Shown piece by piece: positions 42,900 to 56,879 of a stretch of 64,000 bases of DNA. Within the stretch, counting starts at the first letter, position 1. Every line of letters begins with the position of its first letter. Source of the DNA: Eledone cirrhosa (taxonomy: Eukaryota); contig OZ024740.1 in the NCBI GenBank assembly GCA_964016885.1, positions 16,616,001 through 16,680,000 on the forward strand. The letters are read 5' to 3'. Under the pieces are notes generated by a model, which worked only from the letters and a program-made list of their open reading frames with translations, made no database searches and was not told the DNA's origin. Made by a program: the position numbers and the translations under genes.

Positions 42900-45800
42900 C
42901 AGTGTAAATATGGTGGCTTCTGGACAGAGGTTTACAAGGAGACATCAGTGTAAATATGGTGGCATCTGGACAAAGGTTTACAGGGACACAGTGTAAATAT
43001 GGTGGCTTCTAGACAGAGCTTTACAGGGAGATATCAGAGTAAATATGGTGTCTTCTGGACAGAGGTTTACAGGGAGACATCAGTGTAAATATGGTGGCTT
43101 CTAGACTGAGGTTTACAGGGAGACATCAGTGTAAATATGGTGGCTTCTGGATAGAGGTTTACAGGGAGACATCAGTGTAAATATGGTGGCTTCTGGACAG
43201 AGGTTTACAGGGAGACATTAGTGTAAATATGGTGGCTTCTAGACAGAGCTTTACAGGGAGATATCAGAGTAAATATGGTGGCTTCTAGACGCAGGTTTAC
43301 AGGGAGATATCAGTGTAAATATGGTGTTTTCTGGACAGAGGTTTACAAGGAGATATCAGTGTAAATATGGTGTCTTTTGGACAGAGCTTTACAGGGAGAT
43401 ATCAGAGTAAATATGGTGGCTTCTAGACAAAGCTTTACAGGGAGACATCAATGTAAATATAGTGGCTTCTGGAGAGAGGATTACAGGGAGACATCAGTGT
43501 AAATATGGTGGCTTCTAGACAGAGCTTTACAGGGAGATATCAGTGTAAATATGGTGGCTTCTGGACAGAGGTTTACAAGGAGACATCAGTGTAAATATGG
43601 TGGCTTCTAGACAGAGCTTTACAGGGAGACATTAGTGTAAATATGGTGGCTTCTAGACTGAGGTTTACAGGGAGACATCAGTGTAAATATGGTGGCTTCT
43701 GGACAGAGGTTTACAGGGAGACATCAGAGTTAATATGGTGGCTTCTAGACAGAGCTTTGCAGGAAGATATCAGAGTAAATATGGTGGCTTTTAGACAAAG
43801 CTTTACAGGGAGACATCAGTGTAAATATGGTGACTTCTAGACAGAGCTTTACAGGGAGACATCAGTGTAAATATGGTGGCTTCTAGACAAAGCTTTACAG
43901 GGAGACATCAGTCTAAATATGGTGGCTTCTAGACAAGGCTTTACAGGAAGACATCAGTGTAAATATGGTGGCTTCTTGACAGAGCTTTACAGGGAAACAT
44001 CAGTGTAAATATGGTGGCTTCTGGATAGAGGTTTACAGGGAGACATCAGCGTAAATATGGTGGCTTCTGGACAGAGGTTTACAGGGAGACATCAGTGTAA
44101 ATATGGTGGCTTCTGGACAGAGGTTTACAGGGAGATATCAGAGTAAATATGGTGGCTTCTAGACAGAGGTTTACAGGGATATTTTAGTGTAAATATGGTG
44201 GCTTCTGGACAGAGGTTTACAGGGAGACATCAGTGTAAATATGGTGGCTTCTAGACAGAGCTTTACAGGGAGATATCAGTGTAAATATGGTGGCTTCTGG
44301 ATAGAGGTTTACAGGTAGACATCAGTGTAAATATGGTGGCTTCTGGACAGAGGTTTACAGGGAGACATTAGTGTAAATATGGTGGCTTCTAGACAGAGCT
44401 TTACAGGGAGATATCAGAGTAAATATGGTGGCTTCTGAACAGAGCTTTACAGGGAGACATCAGTGTAAATATGGTGGCTTCTAGACAGAGGTTTACAGGG
44501 AGACATCAGTGTAAATATGGTGGCTTCTAGACGGAGGTTTACAGGGAGATATCAGTGTAAATATGGTGTTTTCTGGACAGAGGTTTACAAGGAGATATCA
44601 GTGTAAATATGGTGTCTTTTGGACAGAGCTTTACAGGGAGATATCAGAGTAAATATGGTGGCTTCTGGACAGAGCTTTACAGGGAGATATCAGAGTAAAT
44701 ATGGTGGCTTCTAGACAAAGCTTTACAGGGAGACATCAGTGTAAATATAGTGGCTTCTGGAGAGAGGATTACAGGGAGACATCAGTGTAAATATGGTGAC
44801 TTCTAGACAGAGATTTACAGGGAGACATCAGTGTAAATATGGTGTCTTCTGGACAGAGGTTTACAGGGAGATATCAGTGTAAATATGGTGTCTTCTGGAC
44901 AGAGGTTTACAGGGAGACATCAGTGTAAATATGGTGGCTTCTGGACAGAGGTTTACAGGGAGACATCAGTGTAAAAATGGTGGCTTCTGGACAGAGGTTT
45001 ACAGGGAGACATCAGTGTAAATATGGTGGCTTCTGGACAGAGTTTTACAGGGAGACGTCAGTGTAAATATGATGGCTTCTAGATAGAGGTTTCCAGGGAG
45101 ACAACAGTGTAAATATGGTGGCTTCTAGACTGAGGTTTACAGGGAGACATCAGTGTAAATATGGTGGCTTCTGGACAGAGGTTTACAGGGAGACATCAGA
45201 GTTAATATGGTGGCTTCTAGACAGAGCTTTGCAGGAAGATATCAGAGTAAATATGGTGGCTTTTAGACAAAGCTTTACAGGGAGACATCAGTGTAAATAT
45301 GGTGGCTTCTAGACAGAGCTTTACAGGGAGACATCAGTGTAAATATGGTGGCTTCTAGACAAAGCTTTACAGGGAGACATCAGTCTAAATATGGTGGCTT
45401 CTAGACAAGGCTTTACAGGGAGACATCAGTGTAAATATGGTGGCTTCTTGACAGAGCTTTACAGGGAAACATCAGTGTAAATATGGTGGCTTCTGGATAG
45501 AGGTTTACAGGGAGACATCAGTGTAAATATGGTGGCTTCTGGACAGAGGTTTACAGGGAGACATCAGTGTAAATATGGTGGCTTCTGGACAGAGGTTTAC
45601 AGGGAGATATCAGAGTAAATATGGTGGCTTCTAGACAGAGGTTTACAGGGATATTTTAGTGTAAATATGGTGGCTTCTGGACAGAGGTTTACAGGGAGAC
45701 ATCAGTGTAAATATGGTGGCTTCTAGACAGAGCTTTACAGGGAGATATCAGTGTAAATATGGTGGCTTCTTGACAGAGGTTTACAAGGAGACATCAGTGT

Positions 45801-45997
45801 AAATATGGTGGCTTCTAGACTGAGGTTTACAGGGAGACATCAGTGTAAATATGGTGGCTTCTGGATAGAGGTTTACAGGTAGACATCAGTGTAAATATGG
45901 TGGCTTCTGGACAGAGGTTTACAGGGAGACATTAGTGTAAATATGGTGGCTTCTAGACAGAGATTTACAGGGAGATATCAGAGTAAATATGGTGGCT
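42900..45997. repeat. ~3.1-kb block, copy 2 of 26450-29545
   Basis: Same order of variant monomers at offset 16452, including the 32-monomer (1472 bp) spacing between the two marker ORFs. Confidence 0.85.
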
Positions 45998-48900
45998 TCT
46001 GAACAGAGCTTTACAGGGAGACATCAGTGTAAATATGGTGGCTTCTAGACAGAGGTTTACAGGGAGACATCAGTGTAAATATGGTGGCTTCTAGACTGAG
46101 GTTTACAGGGAGACATCAGTGTAAATATGGTGGCTTCTGGACAGAGGTTTACAGGGAGACATCAGTGTAAATATGATGGCTTCTAGACAGAGCTTTACAG
46201 GGAGATATCAGTGTAAATATAGTGGCTCCTGGAGAGAGGATTACAGGGAGACATCAGTGTAAATATGGTGGCTTCTAAACAGAGATTTACAGGGAGACAT
46301 CAGTGTAAATATTGTGTCTTCTGGACAGAGGTTTACAAGGAGATATCAGTGTAAATATGGTGTCTTCTGGACAGAGCTTTACAGGGAGATATCAGAGTAA
46401 ATATGGTGGCTTCTGGACAGAGCTTTACAGGGAGATATCAGAGTAAATATGGTGGCTTCTAGACAAAGATTTACAGGGAGACATCAGTGTAAATATAGTG
46501 GCTTCTGGAGAGAGGATTACAGGGAGACATCAGTGTAAATATGGTGGCTTCTAGACAGAGATTTACAGGGAGACATCAGTGTAAATATGGTGTCTTCTGG
46601 ACAGAGGTTTACGGGGAGATAGTGTAAATATGGTGTCTTCTGGACAGAGCTTTACAGGGAGATATCAGAGTAAATATGGTGGCTTCTGGACAGAGCTTTA
46701 CAGGGAGATATCAGAGTAAATATGGTGGCTTTTAGACAAAGCTTTACAGGGAGAGATCAGTGTAAATATAGTGGCTTCTGGCGAGAGGATTACAGGGAGA
46801 CATCAGTGTAAATATGGTGGCTTCTAGACAGAGCTTTACAGGGAGACATCAGTGTAAATATGGTGGCTTCTGGACAGAGGTTTACAGGGATATATATCAG
46901 TGTAAATATGGTGGCTTCTAGACAGAGCTTTGCAGGGAGACATCAATGTAAATATGGTGGCTTCTGGACAGAGGTTTACAGGGAGACATCAGAGTAAATA
47001 TGGTGGGTTCTAGACAGAGCTTTACAGGGAGACATCAGTGTAAATATAGTGGCTTCTGGACAGAGCTTTACAGAGAGACATTAGTGTAAATATGGTGGCT
47101 TCTAGACAGAGGTTTACAGGGTGCCATCAGTGTAAATATGGTGGCATCTGGACAAAGGTTTACAGGGAGACATCAGTGTAAATATGGCGGCTTCTGGATA
47201 GAGGTTTACAGGGAGACATCAGTGTAAATGTGGTGGCATCTGGACAGAGGTTTACAGGGAGACATCAGTGTAAATATGGTGTCTTCTAGACAGAGCTTTA
47301 CAGGGAGATATCAGTGTAAATATAGTGGCTTCTGGAGGGAGGATTACAGGGAGACATCAGTGTAAATATGGTGGCTTCTAGACAGAGATTTACAGGGAGA
47401 CATCAGTGTAAATATGGTGGCTTCTGGACAGAGGTTTACAAGGAGACATCAGTGTAAATATGGTGGCTACTGGACAGAGCTTTACAGGGAGACATTAGTG
47501 TAAATATGGTGGCTTCTAGACAGAGCTTTACAGGGAGACATCAGTGTAAATATGGTGGCTACTAGACAGAGGTTTACAGGGAGACATCAGTTTAAATATG
47601 GTGGCTTCTAGACAGAGCTTTACAGGGAGACATCAGTGTAAATATGGTGGCTTCTAGACGAAGCTTTACAGGGAGACATCAGTGTAAATATGGTGGCTTC
47701 TAGACAAAGCTTTACAGGGAGACATCAGTGTAAATATGGTGGCTTCTAGACAGAGCTTTACAGGGAGACATCAGTGTAAATATGGTGGCTTCTAGACAGA
47801 GCTTTACAGGGAGACATCAGTGTAAATATGGTTGCTTCTAGACAGAGGTTTACAGGGAGACATCAGTGTAAATATGGTGGCTTCTGGACAGAGGTTTACA
47901 GGGAGACATCAGTGTAAAAATGGTGGCTTCTAGACAGAGATTTACAGGGAGACATCATTGTAAATATTGTCTCTTCTGGACAGAGGTTTACAAGGAGATA
48001 TCAGTGTAAATATGGTGTCTTCTGGACAGAGCTTTACAGGGAGATATCAGAGTAAATATGGTGGCTTCTGGACAGAGCTTTACAGGGAGATATCAGAGTA
48101 AATATGGTGGCTTCTAGACAGAGCTTTACAGGGAGACATCAGTGTAAATATTTTGGCTTCTAGACAGAGGTTTACAGGGAGACATCAGTGTAAATATGGT
48201 GGCTGCTGGATAGAGGTTTACAGGGAGACATCAGTGTAAATATGGTGGCTTCTGGACAGAGGTTTACAGGGAGATATCAGTGTAAATATAGTGGCTTCTG
48301 GAGGGAGGATTACAGGAAGACATCAGTGTAAATATGGTGGCTTCTAGACAGAGATTTACAGGGAGACATCAGTGTAAATATGGTGGCTTCTGGACAGAGG
48401 TTTACAAGGAGACATCAGTGTAAATATGGTGGCTACTGGACAGAGCTTTACAGGGAGACATTAGTGTAAATATGGTGGCTTCTAGACAGAGCTTTACAGG
48501 GAGATATCAAAGGAAATATAGTGGCTTCTGGATAGAGGTTTACAGGTAGACATCAGTGTAAATATGGTGGCTTCTGGACAGAGGTTTACAGGGAGACATT
48601 AGTGTAAATATGGTGGCTTCTAGACAGAGCTTTACAGGGAGATATCAGAGTAAATATGGTGGCTTCTGGACAGAACTTTACAGGGAGACATCAGTGTAAA
48701 TATGGTGGCTTCTAGACAGAGGTTTACAGGGAGACATCAGTGTAAATATGGTGGCTTCTAGACGGAGGTTTACAGGTAGATATCAGTGTAAATATGGTGT
48801 TTTCTGGACAGAGGTTTACATGGAGATATTAGTGTATATATGGTGTCTTCTGGACAAAGCTTTACAGGGAGATATCAGAGTATATATGGTGGCTTCTAGA

Positions 48901-51900
48901 CAAAGCTTTACAGGGAGACATCAGTGTAAATATGGTGGCTTCTAGACAGAGGTTTACTGGGAGACATCAGTGTAAATATGGTGTCTTCTAGACAGAGCTT
49001 TACAGGGAGACATCAGTGTAAATATGGTGGCTTCTAGACAGAGCTTTACAGGGAGACATCAGTGTAAATATGGTGGATTCTAGACAGAGGTTTACAGGGA
49101 GACATCAGTGTAAATATGGTGGCTTCTGGACAGAGGTTTACAGGGAGACATCAGTGTAAAAATGGTGGCTTCTGGACTGAGGTTTACAGGGAGACATCAG
49201 TGTAAATATGGTGGCTTCTGGACAGAGGTTTACAGGAAGACATCAGTGTAAATATGTTGGCTTCTAGACAGAGGTTTACAGGGAGACATCAGTGTAAATA
49301 TGGTGGCTTCTGGATAGAGGTTTACAGGGAGACATCAGTGTAAATATGGTGGCTTCTGGATAGAGGTTTACAGGGAGACATCAGTGTAAATATGTTTGCT
49401 TCTGGACAGAGGTTTACAGGGAGATATCAGTGTAAATATGGTGGCTTCTAGACAGAGCTTTATAGGGAGATATCAGTGTAAATATGGTGGCTTATGGACA
49501 GAGGTTTACAAGGAGACATCAGTGTAAATATGGTGGCTACTGGACAGAGCTTTACAGGGAGACATTAGTGTAAATATGGTGGCTTCTAGACAGAGCTTTA
49601 CAGGGAGATATCAAAGGAAATATAGTGGCTTCTGGATAGAGGTTTACAGGTAGACATCAGTGTAAATATGGTGGCTTCTGGACAGAGGTTTACAGGGAGA
49701 CATTAGTGTAAATATGGTGGCTTCTAGACAGAGCTTTACAGGGAGATATCAGAGTAAATATGGTGGCTTCTGGACAGAGCTTTACAGGGAGACATCAGTG
49801 TAAATATGGTGGCTTCTAGACAGAGGTTTACAGGGAGACATCAGTGTAAATATGTTGGCTTCTAGACAGAGGTTTACAGGGAGACATCAGTGTAAATATG
49901 GTGGCTTCTGGATAGAGGTTTACAGGGAGACATCAGTGTAAATATGGTGGCTTCTGGATAGAGGTTTACAGGGAGACATCAGTGTTAATATGTTTGCTTC
50001 TGGACAGAGGTTTACAGGGAGATATCAGTGTAAATATGGTGGCTTCTGGAGAGAGGTTTACAGGGAGAGATCAGTGTAAATATGGTGGCTTCTAGACAGA
50101 GGTTTACAGGGAGACATCAGTGTAAATATGATGGCTTCTAGACAGAGCTTTACAGGGAGATATCAGTGTAAATATAGTGGCTTCTGGAGAGAGGATTACA
50201 GGGAGACATCAGTGTAAATATGGTGGCTTCTAAACAGAGATTTACAGGGAGACATCAGTGTAAATATTGTGTCTTCTGGACAGAGGTTTACAAGGAGATA
50301 TCAGTGTAAATATGGTGTCTTCTGGACAGAGCTTTACAGGGAGATATCAGAGTAAATATGGTGGCTTCTGGACAGAGCTTTACAGGGAGATATCAGAGTA
50401 AATATGGTGGCTTCTAGACAAAGAATTACAGGGAGACATCAGTGTAAATATGGTGGCTTCTGGAGAGAGATTTACAGGGAGACATCAGTGTAAATATGGT
50501 GTCTTCTGGACAGAGGTTTACGGGGAGATAGTGTAAATATGGTGTCTTCTGGACAGAGCTTTACAGGGAGATATCAGAGTAAATATGGTGGCTTCTGGAC
50601 AGAGCTTTACAGGGAGATATCAGAGTAAATATGGTGGCTTTTAGACAAAGCTTTACAGGGAGAGATCAGTGTAAATATAGTGGCTTCTGGAGAGAGGATT
50701 ACAGGGAGACATCAGTGTAAATATGGTGGCTTCTAGACAGAGATTTACAGGGAGACATCAGAGTAAATATGGTGGCTTCTAGATAGAGGTTTACAGGGAG
50801 ACTTCAGTGTAAATATGGTGGCTTCTAGACAGAGGTTTACTGGGAGACATCAGTGTAAATATGGTGGCTTCTAGACAGAGCTTTACAGGGAGACATCAGT
50901 GTAAAAATGGTTGCTTCTGGACAGAGGTTTACAGGGAGATAGTGTAAATATGGTGTCTTCTGGACAGAGCTTTACAGGGAGATATCAGAGTAAATATGGT
51001 GGCTTCTGGACAGAGCTTTACAGGGAGATATCAGAGTAAATATGGTGGCTTTTAGACAAAGCTTTACAGGGAGAGATCAGTGTAAATATAGTGGCTTCTG
51101 GAGAGAGGATTACAGGGAGACATCAGTGTAAATATGGTGGCTTCTAGACAGAGATTTACAGGGAGACATCAGAGTAAATATGGTGGCTTCTAGATAGAGG
51201 TTTACAGGGAGACTTCAGTGTAAATATGGTGGCTTCTAGACAGAGGTTTACTGGGAGACATCAGTGTAAATATGGTGGCTTCTAGACAGAGCTTTACAGG
51301 GAGACATCAGTGTAAATATGGTGGCTTCTGGACAGAGGTTTACAGGGAGATATCAGTGTAAATATGGTGGCTTCTAGACAGAGCTTTGCAGGGAGACATC
51401 AATGTAAATATGGTGGCTTCTAGACAGAGCTTTACAGGGAGATATCAGAGTAAATATGGTGGCTTTTAGACAAAGCTTTACAGGGAGAGATCAGTGTAAA
51501 TATAGTGGCTTCTGGAGAGAGGATTACAGGGAGACATCAGTGTAAATATGGTGGCATCTGGACAAAGGTTTACAGGGAGACATCAGTGTAAATATGGCGG
51601 CTTCTGGATAGAGGTTTATAGGGAGATATCAGTGTTAATATGGTGGCTTCTGGACAGAGGTTTACAGGGAGACATCAGTGTAAATGTGGTGGCATCTGGA
51701 CAGAGGTTTACAGGGAGACATCAGTGTAAATATGGTGTCTTCTGGACAGAGCTTTACAGGGAGACATTAGTGTAAATATGGTGGCTTCTAGACAGAGCTT
51801 TACAGGGAGATATCAGTGTAAATATAGTGGCTTCTGGAGGGAGGATTACAGGGAGACATCAGTGTAAATATGGTGGCTTCTAGACAGAGATTTACAGGGA

Positions 51901-54900
51901 GACATCAGTGTAAATATGGTGGCTTCTGGACAGAGGTTTACAAGGAGACATCAGTGTAAATATGGTGGCTACTGGACAGAGCTTTACAGGGAGACATTAG
52001 AGTAAATATGGTGGCTTCTAGACAGAGCTTTACAGGGAGATATCAAAGGAAATATAGTGGCTTCTGGATAGAGGTTTACAGGTAGACATCAGTGTAAATA
52101 TGGTGGCTTCTGGACAGAGGTTTACAGGGAGACATTAGTGTAAATATGGTGGCTTCTAGACAGAGCTTTACAGGGAGACATCAGTGTAAATATGGTGGCT
52201 ACTAGACAGAGGTTTACAGGGAGACATCAGTGTAAATATGGTGGCTTCTAGACGGAGGTTTACAGGGAGATATCAGTGTAAATATGGTGTTTTCTGGACA
52301 GAGGTTTACAGGGAGATATTAGTGTATATATGGTGTCTTCTGGACAAAGCTTTACAGGGAGATATCAGAGTATATATGGTGGCTTCTAGACAAAGCTTTA
52401 CAGGGAGACATCAGTGTAAATATGGTGGCTTCTAGACAGAGGTTTACTGGGAGACATCAGTGTAAATATGGTGGCTTCTAGACAGAGCTTTACAGGGAGA
52501 CATCAGTGTAAATATGGTGGCTTCTAGACAGAGGTTTACAGGGAGACATCAGTGTAAATATGGTGGCTTCTGGACAGAGGTTTACAGGGAGACATCAGTG
52601 TAAAAATGGTGGCTTCTGGACAGAGGTTTACAGGGAGACATCAGTGTAAATATGGTGGCTTCTGGACAGAGGTTTACAGGGAGACATCAGTGTAAATATG
52701 TTGGCTTCTAGACAGAGGTTTACAGGGAGACATCAGTGTAAATATGGTGGCTTCTGGATAGAGGTTTACAGGGAGACATCAGTGTAGATATGGTGGCTTC
52801 TGGATAGAGGTTTACAGGGAGACATCAGTGTAAATATGTTTGCTTCTGGACAGAGGTTTACAGGGAGATATCAGTGTAAATATGGTGGCTTCTAGACAGA
52901 GCTTTATAGGGAGATATCAGTGTAAATATGGTGGCTTATGGACAGAGGTTTACAAGGAGACATCAGTGTAAATATGGTGGCTACTGGACAGAGCTTTACA
53001 GGGAGACATTAGTGTAAATATGGTGGCTTCTAGACAGAGCTTTACAGGGAGATATCAGAGTAAATATGGTGGCTTCTGGATAGAGGTTTACAGGGAGACA
53101 TCAGTGTAAATATGTTTGCTTCTGGACAGAGGTTTACAGGGAGAGATCAGTGTAAATATGGTGGCTTCTAGACAGAGGTTTACAGGGAGACGTCAGTGTA
53201 AATATGGTTGCTTCTGGACAGAGGTTTACAGGGAGACATTAGTGTAAATATGGTGGCTTCTAGACAGAGCTTTACAGGGAGATATCAGAGTAAATATGGT
53301 GGCTTCTGGACAGAGGTTTACAGGGAGACATCAGTGTAAATATGTTGGCTTCTAGACAGAGGTTTACAGGGAGACATCAGTGTAAATATGGTGGCTTCTG
53401 GATAGAGGTTTACAGGGAGACATCAGTGTAAATATGGTGGCTTCTGGATAGAGGTTTACAGGCAGACATCAGTGTAAATATGTTTGCTTCTGGACAGAGG
53501 TTTACAGGGAGAGATCAGTGTAAATATGGTGGCTTCTAGACAGAGGTTTACAGGGAGACGTCAGTGTAAATATGGTGGCTTCTAGACAGAGCTTTACAGG
53601 GAGATATCAGTGTAAATATAGTGGCTTCTGGAGAGAGGATTACAGGGAGACATCAGTGTAAATATGGTGGCTTCTAAACAGAGATTTACAGGGAGACATC
53701 AGTGTAAATATTGTGTCTTCTGGACAGAGGTTTACAAGGATATATCAGTGTAAATATGGTGTCTTCTGGACAGAGCTTTACAGGGAGATATCAGAGTAAA
53801 TATGGTGGCTTCTGGACAGAGCTTTACAGGGAGATATCAGAGTAAATATGGTGGCTTCTAGACAAAGATTTACAGGGAGACATCAGTGTAAATATAGTGG
53901 CTTCTGGAGAGAGGATTACAGGGAGACATCAGTGTAAATATGGTGGCTTCTAGACAGAGATTTACAGGGAGACATCAGGGTAAATATGGTGGCTTCTAGA
54001 TAGAGGTTTACAGGGAGACTTCAGTGTAAATATGGTGGCTTCTAGACAGAGGTTTACTGGGAGACATCAGTGTAAATATGGTGGCTTCTGGACAGAGCTT
54101 TACAGGGAGACAATCAGTGTAAATATGGTGGCTTCTGGATAGAGGTTTACAGGGAGATATCAGTGTAAATATGGTGGCTTCTAGACAGAGCTTTGCAGGG
54201 AGACATCAATGTAAATATGGTGGCTTCTGGACAGAGGTTTACAGGGAGACATCAGAGTAAATATGGTGGCTTCTAGACAGAGCTTTACAGGGAGACATCA
54301 GTGTAAATATAGTGGCTTCTGGACAGAGCTTTACAGAGAGACATTAGTGTAAATATGGTGGCTTCTAGACAGAGGTTTACAGGGAGACATCAGTGTAAAT
54401 GTGGTGGCATCTGGACAGAGCTTTACAGGGAGACATTAGTGTAAATATGGTGGCTTCTAGACAGAGCTTTACAGGGAGATATCAGAGTAAATATGGTGGC
54501 TTCTGGACAGAGGTTTACAGGGAGACATCAGTGTAAATATGGTGGCTTCTAGAAAGAGGTTTACAGGAAGACATCAGTGTAAATATGGTGGCTTCTAGAC
54601 GGAGGTTTACAGGGAGATATCAGTGTAAATATGGTGTCTTTTGGACAGAGGTTTACAGGGAGATATTAGTGTAAATATGGTGTCTTCTGGACAGAGGTTT
54701 ACAGGGAGACATTAGTGAAAATATGGTGGCTTCTGGACAGAGCTTTACAGGGAGACGTCAGTGTAAATATGGTGGCTTCTGGACAGAGGTTTACAGGGAG
54801 ACATCAGTGTAAATATGGTGGGTCCCAGACAGATTTACAGGGAGACATCTGTGTAAATATGGTGGCTTCTGGACAGATGTTTACAGGGAGACATCAGTGT

Positions 54901-56879
54901 AAATATGGTTGCTTCTAGACAGAGGTTTACAGGGAGACATCAGTGTAAATATGGTGGCTTCTGGACAGAGGTTTACAGGGAGACATCAGTGTAAAAATGG
55001 TTGCTTCTAGAGAGAGGTTTACAGGGAGACATCAGTGTAAATATGGTGGCTTCTGGGCAGAGGTTTACAGGAAGACATCAGTGTAAAAATGGTGGCTTCT
55101 AGACAGAGCTTTACAGGGAGACATCAGTGTAAATATGGTGGCTTCTAGACAGAGCTTTACAGGGAGACATCAGTGTAAATATGGTGGCTTCTGGACAGAT
55201 GTTTACAGGGAGACATCAGTGTAAGTATGGTGGCTTCTGGACGGAGGTTTACAGGGAGACATCAGTGTAAATATGTTGGCTTCTAGACAGAGGTTTACAG
55301 GGAGACATCAGTGTAAATATGGTGGCTTGTGGATAGAGTTTTACAGGGAGACATCAGTGTAAATATGGTGGCTTCTGGACAGAGGTTTACAGGGAGACAT
55401 CAGTGTAAATATGGTGGCTTCTGGACAGAGGTTTACAGGGAGACATCAGAGTAAATATGGTGGCTTCTAGACAGAGCTTTACAGGGAGATATCAGAGTAA
55501 ATATGGTGGCTTCTAGACAAAGCTTTACAGGGAGACATCAGTGTAAATATGGTGGCTTCTAGACAGAGCTTTACAGGGAGACATCTGTGTAAATATGGTG
55601 GCTTCTAGACAAAGCTTTACAGGGAGACATCAGTGTAAATATGGTGGCTTCTAGACAAAGCTTTACAGGGAGACATCAGTGTAAATATGGTGGCTTCTTG
55701 ACAGAGCTTTACAGGGAAACATCAGTGTAAATATGGTGGCTTCTGGACAGGTTTACAGGGAGATATCAGTGTAAATATCGTGGCTTCTAGACGGAGCTTT
55801 GCAGGGAGACATCAGTGTAAATATGGTGGCTTCTGGACAGAGGTTTACAGGGAGATATCAGAGTAAATATGGTGGCTTCTAGACAGAGGTTTACAGGGAT
55901 CATTTAGTGTAAATATGGTGGCATCTGGACAGAGGTTTACAGGGAGACATCAGTGTAAATATGGTGGCTTCTGGACAGAGCTTTACAGAGAGACATTAGT
56001 GTAAATATGGTGGCTTCTAGACAGAGCTTTACAGGGAGTTAACAGAGTAAATATAGTGGCTTCGGGACAGAGGTTTACAGGGAGACATCAGTGTAAATAT
56101 GGTGGCTTCTAGACAGAGCTTTACAGGGAGATATCAGTGTAAATATGGTGGCTTCTGGACAGAGGTTTACAGGGAGACATCAGTGTAAATATGTTGGCTT
56201 CTAGACAGAGGTTTACAGGGAGACATCAGTGTAAATATTGTGGCTTCTGGATAGAGGTTTACAGGAAGACATCAGTGTAAATATGGTGGCTTCTGGATAG
56301 AGGTTTACAGGGAGACATAAGTGTAAATATGGTGGCTTCTGGACAGAGGTTTACAGGGAGATATCAGTGTAAATATGGTGGCTTCTGGACAGAAGTTTAC
56401 AGGGAGACATCAGTGTAAATATGGTGGCTTCTAGACAGAGCTTTACAGGGAGATATCAGAGTAAATATGGTGGCTTCTAGACAAAGCTTTACAGGGAGAC
56501 ATCAGTGTAAATATGGTGGCTTCTAGACAGGTTTACTGGGAGACATCAGTGTAAATATCGTGGCTTCTAGACAAAGCTTTACAGGGAGACATCAGTGTAA
56601 ATATGGTGGCTTCTAGACAGAGATTTACAGGGAGACATCAGTGTAAATATGGTGGCTCCTAGACAGAGCTTTACAGGGAGACATCAGTGTAAATATGGTG
56701 GCTTCTGGACAGAGGTTTACAGGGAGATATCAGTGTAAATATGGTGGCTTCTAGACAGAGCTTTGCAGGGAGACATCAGTGTAAATATGGTGGCTTCTGG
56801 ACAGAGGTTTACAGCGAGACATCAGAGTAAATATGGTGGCTTCTAGACAGAGGTTTACAGGGAGATATCAGTGTAAATA

